Position numbers and translations under genes: made by a program. The notes below the pieces were generated by a model. It was not told the origin of the DNA and did no database searches. It saw only the letters and a program-made list of their open reading frames with translations. A DNA stretch of 64,000 nucleotides from a virus, in the IMG/VR virus record IMGVR_UViG_3300026512_000005, positions 32,001-96,000 of that record, one strand, 5' to 3'. This document shows positions 17,832-27,865 of this stretch, piece by piece. The number at the start of each line of letters is the position of its first letter. Positions within the stretch are counted from its first letter, which is position 1.

Positions 17832-19865
17832 TTAATCTAGGTCATATTTCAATACCTCGTTTGGCTTTAAGAACACATCCATAGGATGGTCAGGTTTACC
17901 ATCTTCTTTATATAACATTGGGTCGAATACTTTATTCTGTAAATCATCCCAGTTATATGATGCACCTAAACTACGATAGTCTATGGCTTGTTTAAATCCT
18001 ATAATATCGCTTAACTCACCTGCTCTACCTAAGTCATAATCTTGATTTGTAATGTCATTAACCGTAAAGGCATAAACTATAACTTCAATGATGGCTCTGT
18101 TTACAGATAACTTACTATTAAGTAAATCAAATAGATTCTGTACTAAAACAGATGGTGTATATTCAGAACGAATTACACCGTCGACACTTTTGAACTTATG
18201 TGACTTTAACATAGATTTAAACTCTTTGTTTAGTAAGGCTAAGTTAAATTCTATCTTGTCATACTTGAACACCGGTTCCTTATGATTAAAATCGTTTATG
18301 TTTATAAGATAATGTTCCTCATCATATGTTTCATAACCATTCTTAATAACATACGCTAATAAGTCCTTAGATAAAAATGTTTTAGCACCATTCACTTTTA
18401 ATGGTAATTCTATCTCTTCCTCTTCACCATGTTTACCTCTAATGATAAGGCTAACAGTATCAATTTTAGATACCTTATTAACATTAATACTAAAGATATC
18501 TTTTACTTTCATTATATTATCAAGACCCCATGTTTCATCTTGTCTTACTTTTAGATAAACAGTTTTAACTTTCTTATTTAAAACGTTAGCTCTAAAATAT
18601 AAATTCTCATTCTCACGAATGATAAGATATTGTTTAACCTTAGCCAGTAGTTTTATAGAAGCACTCTCAGCAGTTTTAAGTAAGTGCTTAGCCGATAGTA
18701 ATCCTTGTGACATGAGTACCATTAGTGTTACTGTTATAATACTACCTAAATTTTGATGAACTAATATGGAATCAGCTATTTCCCCAATACATGCTCTACA
18801 TATTTTGTACTTATCTTTGTAACCACAATACATTGCTTCACGTATCTTAATACTTCTACCTATTAAATGTTTATCGTCTTTAGTTATAACCTTCTCGACA
18901 TTTGTATCTGGGCAAATATAGCGTTTACCGACCATATTATGTAAGTCAGAATCACACACTTTATTACCTAACTCGTCAAATGTGACATCTTTAACATATA
19001 CGTCTACATATGTAGGATTACCACAATCCTCGTGAACTACACCCTTAATTAACATAGTCAGGATGGTTATCTCTCTGTTAGCATATTCAGCATCCTGAAT
19101 AGACTTACCTGATAACCACAGAGCTTTTGTGCCGGCTCTACTTTCTATTATTGCCTCATAAATATTCTTAAACCCTAGTGTAAAGCTATTAGTCATTGGC
19201 ACACTGAAAATCTTACTATTTAACTCTGTAATATAGCCACGTGACGCTAACCACTGTTTCATTTGTCCAGCGTTACCTATACCTGACAAATACATAAGGG
19301 CTATAGAATTACCATGATAGATAGGTTTGGATATAACCTTATCTAAAGTTTTGTATGTATCTTGTATAGTTTGTGGCGATGGTCGCTCAGCTGCTTTAAT
19401 CATACTCTTAATTAAATCTTTGTCAAATTGTATATGTAACGCATCTGTAACAGACAGTCCTAGACTATAACGCAGAAGTTTTTTAGATATAAGTCTATTG
19501 ATACTCTCTATATTTAAATAGAAGTCCTTAAACAAGTCTTCAGCTATTTCATTACTCTTATGTTTTTCTATATATGGTTTAACAATAGCTCTATAAATCT
19601 TACTATATATAGAACTATATGTCTTATTAGAGAAGTAGCCATTGTTATAATGGTTACCTATCCATATGTCTGATGTAATCATTACGTCATATTTTACTAT
19701 GAAATCGGTAAAAGCTCTGAAGAATATGATGTCTTTAAAGTAACAATTTTCATACACCACATCATCTTCAAAGCGTAATGAGAAGTTACGTTTTAATTCT
19801 AGTATCTGCTCTATATCCAACTGGTAGAGTGTACGTACATTTATTATTCTTTTACTCATTGGCAT
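17832..19865 (-). CDS. Non-virion RNA polymerase beta' subunit, C-terminal part (phiKZ gp74-like)
   Basis: 'SRGYITE', 'ESRAGTKAL', 'EDCG', 'C...ICRACIG' and 'QGLLSAKH' RpoC-type motifs. Confidence 0.9.
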   Translation of the reverse strand: MPMSKRIINVRTLYQLDIEQILELKRNFSLRFEDDVVYENCYFKDIIFFRAFTDFIVKYDVMITSDIWIGNHYNNGYFSNKTYSSIYSKIYRAIVKPYIEKHKSNEIAEDLFKDFYLNIESINRLISKKLLRYSLGLSVTDALHIQFDKDLIKSMIKAAERPSPQTIQDTYKTLDKVISKPIYHGNSIALMYLSGIGNAGQMKQWLASRGYITELNSKIFSVPMTNSFTLGFKNIYEAIIESRAGTKALWLSGKSIQDAEYANREITILTMLIKGVVHEDCGNPTYVDVYVKDVTFDELGNKVCDSDLHNMVGKRYICPDTNVEKVITKDDKHLIGRSIKIREAMYCGYKDKYKICRACIGEIADSILVHQNLGSIITVTLMVLMSQGLLSAKHLLKTAESASIKLLAKVKQYLIIRENENLYFRANVLNKKVKTVYLKVRQDETWGLDNIMKVKDIFSINVNKVSKIDTVSLIIRGKHGEEEEIELPLKVNGAKTFLSKDLLAYVIKNGYETYDEEHYLININDFNHKEPVFKYDKIEFNLALLNKEFKSMLKSHKFKSVDGVIRSEYTPSVLVQNLFDLLNSKLSVNRAIIEVIVYAFTVNDITNQDYDLGRAGELSDIIGFKQAIDYRSLGASYNWDDLQNKVFDPMLYKEDGKPDHPMDVFLKPNEVLKYDLD

Positions 19866-19882
19866 TTCCTTATGTTTTCTTA

Positions 19883-22129
19883 TTAAACAGCGTCTACATC
19901 TTCCACTGTGGTAACATGTATAGTATCTGTTTCCACGTATTGTCGTTTCTCCACATATCTATTCTTATCCTTGACATGTTTAATCTCTATACCTACAGAC
20001 GAGTATAATGTGTTAAGTATTTCTAACCCTCTATCTGTACCAAATTTAACCGTCTTTCTGTCGATAAGTTTTGGTATATTAGTGGGTTGTGCTGCTGATA
20101 GTATTTTACTATAAACCATTTTATGTGTTGTTAGTGAAGCGTTCATGTCCTTTAATTCTGCCATTAGTTCTTGACCACCGTAGGCTACATAAATCCTACC
20201 CTCAGTTTCACCATTTGTACGAACTGGATTATTTTTATACGGTAAAGCATTTTTATCTTTCTTATTAACTACTACTGGTAAACCATGATAGTTAACAGAA
20301 GCTGATGAAGTTGTTAAAATGTCGTCTGCTATTTTATTTAACATAATAATATACATAGGTGCAATCATTATGTCATCTACAGTAGTAGCTGTGACACCAT
20401 CCAGTGTAAAGGTAACTGGACCACTATCTGCCGCATAAATAGATTGTTTAAGTTCCTCTACTATCATATACTTACGCTTTTCATTATCTAATCGTAGGTA
20501 TATTTTAAATGCATCCTCTACTATATTAATTATAGTTAAACGCATTACTTCATAATTATTACTACTATATATATTCTCATATTTATCAGTGAACATATTT
20601 TGTAATATTCTAGCGAAACCTAGAGGTATCTTAAATAATTCTTTAGCATCGTCATCAGTTATATTAGATGGATTACTATATCCTAATTCACTTAGTCGCT
20701 TAGCTACTAGTTTCTCTACTTTTAACATACTACCTTTTATGTAGTATTCATAAAGTCTACCGCCATTTAACCGACTCGGGGTAGATTTAATGTCACCTAT
20801 TACATCCGCAACATTACCAAACGCATCCCTAGGCATATCCTTCTTAGGGAGTATTTTCGTGATGATTCCTTTATTAGCGGAGAAATCCGTGAACTTAGGA
20901 CCTTTTATTTTAGGTAGAAATGTATGTTCTATAACTATCTCTAAACGATATAGAGACAGAGGTGATAACTTATACATCTTCTTCAGTTTACTATTAGGTC
21001 TAGCACTCTCCACCATACCATACGCCTCTACAATTAGTGTATTGAAACTTTCACCTACAATTAGATCGGTACCTGTTATAGCTCGAGTTTCTTTATTTAA
21101 CGTTTCATAAACATCTATAATTTGTTTATAATAGTCAATGGTAGATGCGTGGTATTTTTCTAATAGTTCATCTGTTTTAGTTGGTATACGTTTTCTCCGT
21201 TTAGGATTTTTGAATACTTTAACATCTACTACTAGACCGCCACCTGTCCTATCGTACACTACTTCGTCGAATATAGGATTGTATTCACATAAATCTTTCT
21301 TACTTAACAACCCAGCCGCGTATCTATAATCATATTTACGTTTGGCAAATACTACACCATCCTCGTTTATACGTTCGCCAAGTTCTTTAAAAGGAACGTA
21401 TTTCTCTGGGTCACCACTCTGGTTTATAAGAAATTCATCTTCATCTATTTCTATGGTTCTAGTCTCATAAAGATTAAACTTAAACTTTTCACAAAATTCA
21501 TCGCTAACCATAAACCCATCCTCATCGTTCTGTTCTAACGGCATCAAACATACGTTGACATTACGACCATCACCGTAACTACCATCTTCCTTTATAGAAC
21601 CAGAACTTGCTAAGATAGTTCCTGACTCCACTATATCCCCACGAACATAATTTTCTACCTCATCTGCTATTTTATTTTCATAACCAAAATACGTATGTAA
21701 CTTGCTATATCTAGGTATTTCTATACAATTAATTATACCGGAATCTATCTCTCTATATATTATAAGACTTTCTGCAGATAAAGAGCTACCATATGTGTGG
21801 TGTCGTTTTACTACAGATATAATCTCACTTGTTCTCTCTATCTTTTTCATAAGACTATACTTACCTAATTCATAATCAACACCAGTTTGTATCGTGTTAA
21901 TATCCGTTTCGCATAGTGTTAATGTATTGGAGCGTTGTGATGCACCCATTATACCACGTGGGGAACTATTATGCTCTATGGCAAAGTTGTTGCCTGATGT
22001 CGAAAAGAACTTATGGTTTAATTTAAGTCTTGGGTCTGTTTCTACAAACCAACTCATATTTTCTTTAAAGAACTCCAAGTTCCCACGATGCACTTGTTCT
22101 AATGCTTGTTTATTTACGAAACCTCTCAT
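19883..22129 (-). CDS. Non-virion RNA polymerase beta subunit, C-terminal part (phiKZ gp71/73-like), intron-less
   Basis: 'NSSPRGIM', 'GRNVNV', 'EDG', 'KFTDFSANKGII', 'SRLNGGRLYE' and 'GETE' motifs. Confidence 0.9.
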   Translation of the reverse strand: MRGFVNKQALEQVHRGNLEFFKENMSWFVETDPRLKLNHKFFSTSGNNFAIEHNSSPRGIMGASQRSNTLTLCETDINTIQTGVDYELGKYSLMKKIERTSEIISVVKRHHTYGSSLSAESLIIYREIDSGIINCIEIPRYSKLHTYFGYENKIADEVENYVRGDIVESGTILASSGSIKEDGSYGDGRNVNVCLMPLEQNDEDGFMVSDEFCEKFKFNLYETRTIEIDEDEFLINQSGDPEKYVPFKELGERINEDGVVFAKRKYDYRYAAGLLSKKDLCEYNPIFDEVVYDRTGGGLVVDVKVFKNPKRRKRIPTKTDELLEKYHASTIDYYKQIIDVYETLNKETRAITGTDLIVGESFNTLIVEAYGMVESARPNSKLKKMYKLSPLSLYRLEIVIEHTFLPKIKGPKFTDFSANKGIITKILPKKDMPRDAFGNVADVIGDIKSTPSRLNGGRLYEYYIKGSMLKVEKLVAKRLSELGYSNPSNITDDDAKELFKIPLGFARILQNMFTDKYENIYSSNNYEVMRLTIINIVEDAFKIYLRLDNEKRKYMIVEELKQSIYAADSGPVTFTLDGVTATTVDDIMIAPMYIIMLNKIADDILTTSSASVNYHGLPVVVNKKDKNALPYKNNPVRTNGETEGRIYVAYGGQELMAELKDMNASLTTHKMVYSKILSAAQPTNIPKLIDRKTVKFGTDRGLEILNTLYSSVGIEIKHVKDKNRYVEKRQYVETDTIHVTTVEDVDAV

Positions 22130-22152
22130 TGTACTTCCTTTTTATTATTGTA

Positions 22153-22196
22153 TTTACATTTTAATAATATATACTAATAAAAGGATAGAGGTCAAA
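22153..22196 (-). promoter_or_regulatory. Early promoter with upstream element
   Basis: TTTGACCTCTATCCTTTTATT-AGT-ATATATTATTAAAATGTAAA; near-identical to 27102-27145. Confidence 0.75.
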
Positions 22197-22222
22197 CCTT
22201 TATAATATATAGGACAAACGTC

Positions 22223-22543
22223 CTATATATCTTTAATATTAGAAATTATGGTTTCCACTGTTTCAGGGTTAAGTATCATAAGATTTAACCTACCATCATA
22301 AGTTAATGATGATTTAAACCCATTGATACGTATTATTAAATAAATAGCAAAATTTGGTATATTAAATTCATTATGAAGTAACCCATACAAATTACCTTTA
22401 TATTTTTCACCTTTATACGGTTCAAGCGTTACCATCGTTATATTATCACGAATTAATTGTGTATCCAGTAATGATTCAAATTTGTGAATAGTTTCTGCAT
22501 CCAGTTGCATTGTATCATCACCCATCATATTTACTATATCCAT
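22223..22543 (-). CDS. Small conserved protein upstream of the nvRNAP beta gene
   Basis: Start moved to ATG 22543 (GGAG SD); 'KYKGNLYGLL...IIRINGF' LysM/tail-X-like pattern. Confidence 0.55.
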   Translation of the reverse strand: MDIVNMMGDDTMQLDAETIHKFESLLDTQLIRDNITMVTLEPYKGEKYKGNLYGLLHNEFNIPNFAIYLIIRINGFKSSLTYDGRLNLMILNPETVETIISNIKDI

Positions 22544-22581
22544 AGTTACAACTCCAAAAAAAAAATGTCTATAGGGGAGGG

Positions 22582-23988
22582 TTACCACCCAGCCCCTATA
22601 ACTCTAGCATGTCCATGCTGTGTCTGTACATTACGTACGCTACCATGATTACTGACTGCACGTGTAGGTTCTCGACTATTAACTAGTCTTGGTGTAGCAC
22701 GACTAGCGTAAGAACTACGTCCATTATCATAATCCCTAGACTGTGGTCTATTATAACTAGGCTGTCTATTATAAGACTGTCTATCGTACATATCCTCATT
22801 AGCTGGTAGACGATCGTTACGTACTGGTGGGTTTTCCCAAGGTGGCAAATCAGCAGTACGTTGATCGTATCTAACAGCTGGTTCTCTAATAGGTTCGCGA
22901 ACTGGACGACTATACGATGCAGGTTGACGATCGTAACTTCTGACTGGTGGTAAGGCTGGTTCTCTAGACTTACTCTCCATTCTATCCCAGAAACTACCAG
23001 TATCGGCTTTTGCCCTTGCGGTTGTGACTGGAGTATTAGATACAGGTATACTACCAGTTAACTCCGAAGGTGTACGTTTTATCTCTTGTTCCATATCATT
23101 AATAATACCAGTTAGATCGACTATATTATATGGTAAAGGTTTAAGTCTTATGAGCTCCTTAATATCATCCTCTATATCGGAAGTTAAGACTGAAGCTATT
23201 ATATTTTCTAACTTACTGTATATTCTATCATACATTGTTAATAACACGTGCGTCGATGGTGCTATTCGATTTAAACTACCTATTTGAATACCGTCAACTA
23301 TATTTGTAATATCTCCCACTATAAATTCAAATAATGATTTAAATGTATGTACGTCTTTGTTACGTAATTTAACATCTAGTACCGTTGTTTCTTTACTAGG
23401 TAAAGTGAATAGTTCTTCACCTATGGGGAAAGTTATTACGCCTATACGGTTATATTTGACATCATTTAACTTGCCACCCTTTGATACTACCAAAGTGATA
23501 TGTTTTTTACTAATGTACTTGTTAACAATATTTTCATATATATGTGACCAGTTTTCCACAGTCTTTTGGTCTATAAGTGTCTTAGCTGTAGACTTATAAC
23601 GACTCACTAATGAAGACAATTTCATCAGAGATAAATCATTGACTTCAGTATCGGTACTGGCTAATTTAACTAATAACGCTTCACATAGATAATGTATGAC
23701 ACCTAATAATTTAACTTCCATACTAGTCCGTAATTTATTAAAACTGGCGTTACCACCTTTAACCGTACTCTCTAGTAGGGGGTTAAATAATGACTTAACG
23801 GCATTACCATTCACATCCGTTAATGTGGCTATGTTATCATCTGTAGGTAGGAATGCTGGTAACTTGTTAATAAGCAGTGGTGTTTTACCATCTGCTATTG
23901 GTACGAAAAGTTGACCATTATCATCAACCACTAAATCTATCATCTCACATAGTCCTCTATAGAACTTTGTTAATACTGTATCTTTCAT
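22582..23988 (-). CDS. phiKZ gp70-like protein (Nlp, nucleus-localised) with an R/Y/P/S-rich disordered C-terminus
   Basis: 468 aa; 'FNPLLES' motif; positioned after the PicA-like gene; low-complexity tail. Confidence 0.6.
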   Translation of the reverse strand: MKDTVLTKFYRGLCEMIDLVVDDNGQLFVPIADGKTPLLINKLPAFLPTDDNIATLTDVNGNAVKSLFNPLLESTVKGGNASFNKLRTSMEVKLLGVIHYLCEALLVKLASTDTEVNDLSLMKLSSLVSRYKSTAKTLIDQKTVENWSHIYENIVNKYISKKHITLVVSKGGKLNDVKYNRIGVITFPIGEELFTLPSKETTVLDVKLRNKDVHTFKSLFEFIVGDITNIVDGIQIGSLNRIAPSTHVLLTMYDRIYSKLENIIASVLTSDIEDDIKELIRLKPLPYNIVDLTGIINDMEQEIKRTPSELTGSIPVSNTPVTTARAKADTGSFWDRMESKSREPALPPVRSYDRQPASYSRPVREPIREPAVRYDQRTADLPPWENPPVRNDRLPANEDMYDRQSYNRQPSYNRPQSRDYDNGRSSYASRATPRLVNSREPTRAVSNHGSVRNVQTQHGHARVIGAGW

Positions 23989-24005
23989 TTTTTTCCTTTT
24001 CCTTT

Positions 24006-25478
24006 TTATGTATAGTACTCATTGACCATTCCACGTGTAGCATCTCTAGAAACCTCTAATGCTGCATGTAACGCTGTCTCTGTTATTTCCCCATAATTTT
24101 CAGCCATTATATCTTGTCGCATATCATCCATTATAATTGGTGTATATTTAGCATCGGCAAATGTTGGATAGATATACACTACTTCTGGGCGACCATCCAA
24201 TGCCATTTTAATTGTCATATCAGTACCATAACAAAATATTTCTAATTTAACTTGTGATTTATTATTGTTAGAAATAATACTCCAAGCCTTGTTTATGAAT
24301 GTTGTTACAAATATCTCGCCTTGTATAGGTAAATTGATATTCTCTATAACTGATGTTAATCCATCTACTGTATACATCGGTTCGCCAGCTACATTATTAA
24401 TAGTAAAAACTACATCATCCAAGATTGACATTGACATAATGTGTGATACTGCGTCTTGTATGACCAAGGACATTCTTGTTTCATAACTGGAATCATCTGT
24501 GTACGCACCGTCATCAGTTAAGAACTGGTTACTATTAATTCTTTTAGCTGTATCTGTAGATGTCCTTACTATTATGTCTGGGTACTGACTATCTATTAAG
24601 GATAAATCCTCTAGGGTGAAATCAGTGGCTTCACGTGATTGTATCTGGTATAATAGTTTATAGAAGTCTATGTCACTAGATGTTAGCGATAACAGGTCAC
24701 CTGTTGCTGTATCATAGATGTCGCTATCTGTTCCAGTAACACCATTTATCATAGCGTTGTCCATCAATGTAGATATAGTTTTAGATAGATGACCCATAGG
24801 TGTTGTTTCATCTTTACTAGTAATCTGTACATTATCCAGTGAACCTATGTTGGACACGAACTTAGTATTTGCACGAACACCTTTTAAACTAGAAATTCTA
24901 GACATAATATCATCTGGTCTAGATACCTTTAGCTGACTCATGATATTATTCATAGATACAGCTGTTTCATCATATGCAACACTATATACACCTAATGGTA
25001 CTGTAACAATACTACCTGTATGGTAATCTACAGTTTTACGTAAAACACTAATACTATTTATGAATATACGCATTTTATCATCTATAGTACCCTTATAGGA
25101 AATACCTAGAAACTCTGAATACCCAGAGATATAGTTAATGGTTGTGGTATTAGACCCTCTGTGTTTTATCTCTAATACTATAGTTACAAAGAAACGCTTC
25201 TCACTCCATCCATTAATAATTGGTGCTTGTGAAATAATTTGTGCAGATGGCATGAGTATATTGGGGTTAGCTTTGTTCATATATGTTTCTATCATATCAC
25301 GATTGGTACTACCTCTACCCATAGCGTTAATCACTACCGACTTAATTTTATTTAAATCATCATAATTAGCACTGACCTCATATGGTCGTATATTCATAGG
25401 TTTATATGATTTTGTTTCGATTAGTTCGATATGCGTTATACGTATATCAGGACCTTGTTGCTGTTGCGGGTAATTCAT
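24006..25478 (-). CDS. picA: PicA/Imp1-like phage-nucleus protein importer (phiKZ gp69-like)
   Basis: 490 aa; 'RPY', 'IINGWSEKRF', 'GYSE', 'RPDD' and 'PTFAD' motifs; synteny gp68-gp69-gp70-gp71. Confidence 0.7.
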   Translation of the reverse strand: MNYPQQQQGPDIRITHIELIETKSYKPMNIRPYEVSANYDDLNKIKSVVINAMGRGSTNRDMIETYMNKANPNILMPSAQIISQAPIINGWSEKRFFVTIVLEIKHRGSNTTTINYISGYSEFLGISYKGTIDDKMRIFINSISVLRKTVDYHTGSIVTVPLGVYSVAYDETAVSMNNIMSQLKVSRPDDIMSRISSLKGVRANTKFVSNIGSLDNVQITSKDETTPMGHLSKTISTLMDNAMINGVTGTDSDIYDTATGDLLSLTSSDIDFYKLLYQIQSREATDFTLEDLSLIDSQYPDIIVRTSTDTAKRINSNQFLTDDGAYTDDSSYETRMSLVIQDAVSHIMSMSILDDVVFTINNVAGEPMYTVDGLTSVIENINLPIQGEIFVTTFINKAWSIISNNNKSQVKLEIFCYGTDMTIKMALDGRPEVVYIYPTFADAKYTPIIMDDMRQDIMAENYGEITETALHAALEVSRDATRGMVNEYYT

Positions 25479-25503
25479 GTTACCTCCTTATATCTTTTTT
25501 ATA

Positions 25504-25523
25504 TTTACATTTTAATAATATAT
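25504..25523 (-). promoter_or_regulatory. Early promoter
   Basis: Minus strand ATATATTATTAAAATGTAAA. Confidence 0.65.
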
Positions 25524-25528
25524 GTATG

Positions 25529-27076
25529 TTAATGTTTAGAGTCTACTGTTAGTATCATATGGGCTAACTCATTTTTTATATCTTCTCGTATCGCAACTTC
25601 ACGATTTCGTGTATCGAAGTAACGCTCTAATAAATCTTCGCTAAATATACTAAATAAATTATAACCCATAAGTTTTTTACTTAAAATAGTTATACTGTCA
25701 TCTATATAGTTCACTTCTTTTTCTTGTCCATTAATTACGCTATCCTTCTGATACGGAAACGCTTCAATAAGACCATCGCGAATTTCGCTATCCAATTTAT
25801 TCCGTAGTGAGAAATTTAACTTAAATACATCTGTACTTATAGAGGTTGTAGTTAACATAAGTGCTAGGTTTTCGTAACCATTTTCGTATAGCCATATAAA
25901 GGACAAAGCCAAATGTATAAATGTTTCGCCCTCTAAGTACACAAAAGCACGAGGGTCCATTATATGTTTATGTATGATGCTAGCTATATAAATGTTCTCT
26001 TCTACTGGCAATAAATCCAAGGTTGTTTCTAATGATTTAAAAACTTTGATAATCTCATTAACTTCTTGTAGTTTTGTTGTAATACCTAAATCATGCACCA
26101 ACTTAGGTACGTTTCTAGATACATTTTTAAACTCTTCTATAAAACCACTATTAACATCAGAATTAGACCGACCACTTTCAAATACTGATTCTGCATCACC
26201 TGTATCGGTATCTTCGTTCTTGAAATACTTTATCTTTGTCTTAGACCCATTCTCTTTTAGATTAAGTTGGTCAGAAGCAAATGTATATATCTTAGTTACT
26301 GTATTTCGTAACTCACTATCCTCCGTTTCATTGTTTAATAATAATTTCTGTATAACAACTTTACCTGTTACATAAAATGGAAAGATATCAGTTGTCAGAT
26401 TACGTTCGATTATCTTTATAGCTGTACCCTCACTATTCTTCAATAATCGTTCCACCAATTTTATTAGTGATTGAAATATTTTAACAAATGGGTCAGATTT
26501 AAACAATGGGTGTGTTCTATAGAAATTAAAAAGTATCATCTCCTTATAATCAGTGCCGCCTATTACTTCCTCTTTAATAGTTGCAAAATTACCAAGTGGA
26601 CCTGTTGTTGCTTTAAGTATAGTTATTAAAGCGATAAGTTCGATATAATCGTTACGAGTATATGTTTGCTCCCTTGAACCTTTTTCGTCTAGGTCACGTG
26701 TTGTATCGTACTCTTCCGGAAACTTAGGTGGTATTTTAACATACTTAGATGTTTTAATATATTCTATCACATCTTGTAAGTCCATATAGTCTAGAACGTT
26801 ATGGATTACCTTATTGGGTAGAACATCTACGTCATCACGAGATATGTTGAGAATAATCAGGTTTTTACATTCTACTAACCGATCGTATAATCCGTCTATA
26901 TACTCCTTACCTTTATATTCTAAATATCCATTTAGAATAACAAATACCGATTTTGGTAGTATTGCATCTCGTAATCTTCTATTAACAATAGTCTCTATTA
27001 CAAACTCTACTGTTTTACCAGTTGTATTTGTAAAGACCACTGACACCTCCGTATTAACATTCTTTAATGAATACAT
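25529..27076 (-). CDS. Non-virion RNAP promoter-specificity subunit (phiKZ gp68-like)
   Basis: 515 aa; 'IPP...SREQTY.R.DYIEL' and 'FPY' motifs; synteny. Confidence 0.7.
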   Translation of the reverse strand: MYSLKNVNTEVSVVFTNTTGKTVEFVIETIVNRRLRDAILPKSVFVILNGYLEYKGKEYIDGLYDRLVECKNLIILNISRDDVDVLPNKVIHNVLDYMDLQDVIEYIKTSKYVKIPPKFPEEYDTTRDLDEKGSREQTYTRNDYIELIALITILKATTGPLGNFATIKEEVIGGTDYKEMILFNFYRTHPLFKSDPFVKIFQSLIKLVERLLKNSEGTAIKIIERNLTTDIFPFYVTGKVVIQKLLLNNETEDSELRNTVTKIYTFASDQLNLKENGSKTKIKYFKNEDTDTGDAESVFESGRSNSDVNSGFIEEFKNVSRNVPKLVHDLGITTKLQEVNEIIKVFKSLETTLDLLPVEENIYIASIIHKHIMDPRAFVYLEGETFIHLALSFIWLYENGYENLALMLTTTSISTDVFKLNFSLRNKLDSEIRDGLIEAFPYQKDSVINGQEKEVNYIDDSITILSKKLMGYNLFSIFSEDLLERYFDTRNREVAIREDIKNELAHMILTVDSKH

Positions 27077-27101
27077 ATTTACTTCCTTTTATATTATTAT
27101 G

Positions 27102-27145
27102 TTTACATCTTAATAATATATGCCAATAAAAGGATAGAGGTTAAA
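27102..27145 (-). promoter_or_regulatory. Early promoter with upstream element
   Basis: TTTAACCTCTATCCTTTTATT-GGC-ATATATTATTAAGATGTAAA. Confidence 0.75.
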
Positions 27146-27151
27146 GTACAC

Positions 27152-27179
27152 CTATCATATGGTGTTTTCCATATGATAG
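27152..27179 (-). terminator. Terminator-like hairpin after the chmC-like gene
   Basis: CTATCATATGG-tgtttt-CCATATGATAG. Confidence 0.65.
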
Positions 27180-27186
27180 TTTCTTG

Positions 27187-27747
27187 TTAATAGGCTTTAT
27201 CTTTTTTAACTTCTAAACCCTCTGGAAACATATCTAACATGGCTTTGACGGTATCGGAGTACGCCTCCGTCCATAGTGTAGACAATTTGGTTTTATCTTT
27301 AATTAACTCACCATTTTCAACAATTGTTATATATGGGGTTGGCAATAAACCGAATGAAAACTTCTGTTCCTTGTCAGTAGTTATCTGTATAACGTTAACT
27401 AACCCACCGTCTGTTTTAACTCGTAATATCGTAAGTTTACCATTTAACACCTTTTCGTTGTGTACACGCTTGTCATCTTCAAATTTAGCACCATATAGAT
27501 TAAACGTAACACTATAACCTTCTTTCTCATCATTGATACGAGCTAAAGCTCTACTGAATAGTCTAGAGTTAATATGTGTTAATGCCAAGTTACCTACAGA
27601 ATCGAAAGACTTATAATCATCGCGTTTAACTGTATTAATATAAAGTCTAATAGTACCATTATATACACCATATGATAACGTTAAAAGTTTATTATCTTTT
27701 ATTTCTTTATAGAGTTTCAATTTACTCATTATTACATTTACATTCAT
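27187..27747 (-). CDS. chmC: ChmC-like (phiKZ gp67) Whirly-fold RNA-binding protein, lacking the disordered tail
   Basis: 186 aa with a beta-beta-alpha pattern, immediately upstream of the gp68-like gene. The assignment rests mainly on synteny. Confidence 0.6.
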   Translation of the reverse strand: MNVNVIMSKLKLYKEIKDNKLLTLSYGVYNGTIRLYINTVKRDDYKSFDSVGNLALTHINSRLFSRALARINDEKEGYSVTFNLYGAKFEDDKRVHNEKVLNGKLTILRVKTDGGLVNVIQITTDKEQKFSFGLLPTPYITIVENGELIKDKTKLSTLWTEAYSDTVKAMLDMFPEGLEVKKDKAY

Positions 27748-27794
27748 TTGTTACTTCCTTATTTATATTTATCATATAAGATATCGTAGTTAAT

Positions 27795-27865
27795 AAAAAG
27801 AAAAAAACAATGATAACATTCTATCTGTAGACACACAAAGTGTGTCTACAGATATATAAATGTTT
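27795..27865 (-). terminator. Intrinsic terminator
   Basis: 15-bp stem TATCTGTAGACACAC-aaa-GTGTGTCTACAGATA, followed on the minus strand by a long T-tract. Confidence 0.75.

Noticed and set aside
19883-22129. Possible group I intron in the nvRNAP beta gene, as in phiKZ gp71-73
   Set aside because: The ORF is continuous with all motifs present and has no HNH insertion.
22544-22588. A10 run and extended N-terminus of ORF 22223-22588 as a frameshift site
   Set aside because: The run lies after the upstream stop codon, and the downstream gene has a good SD and ATG at 22543.
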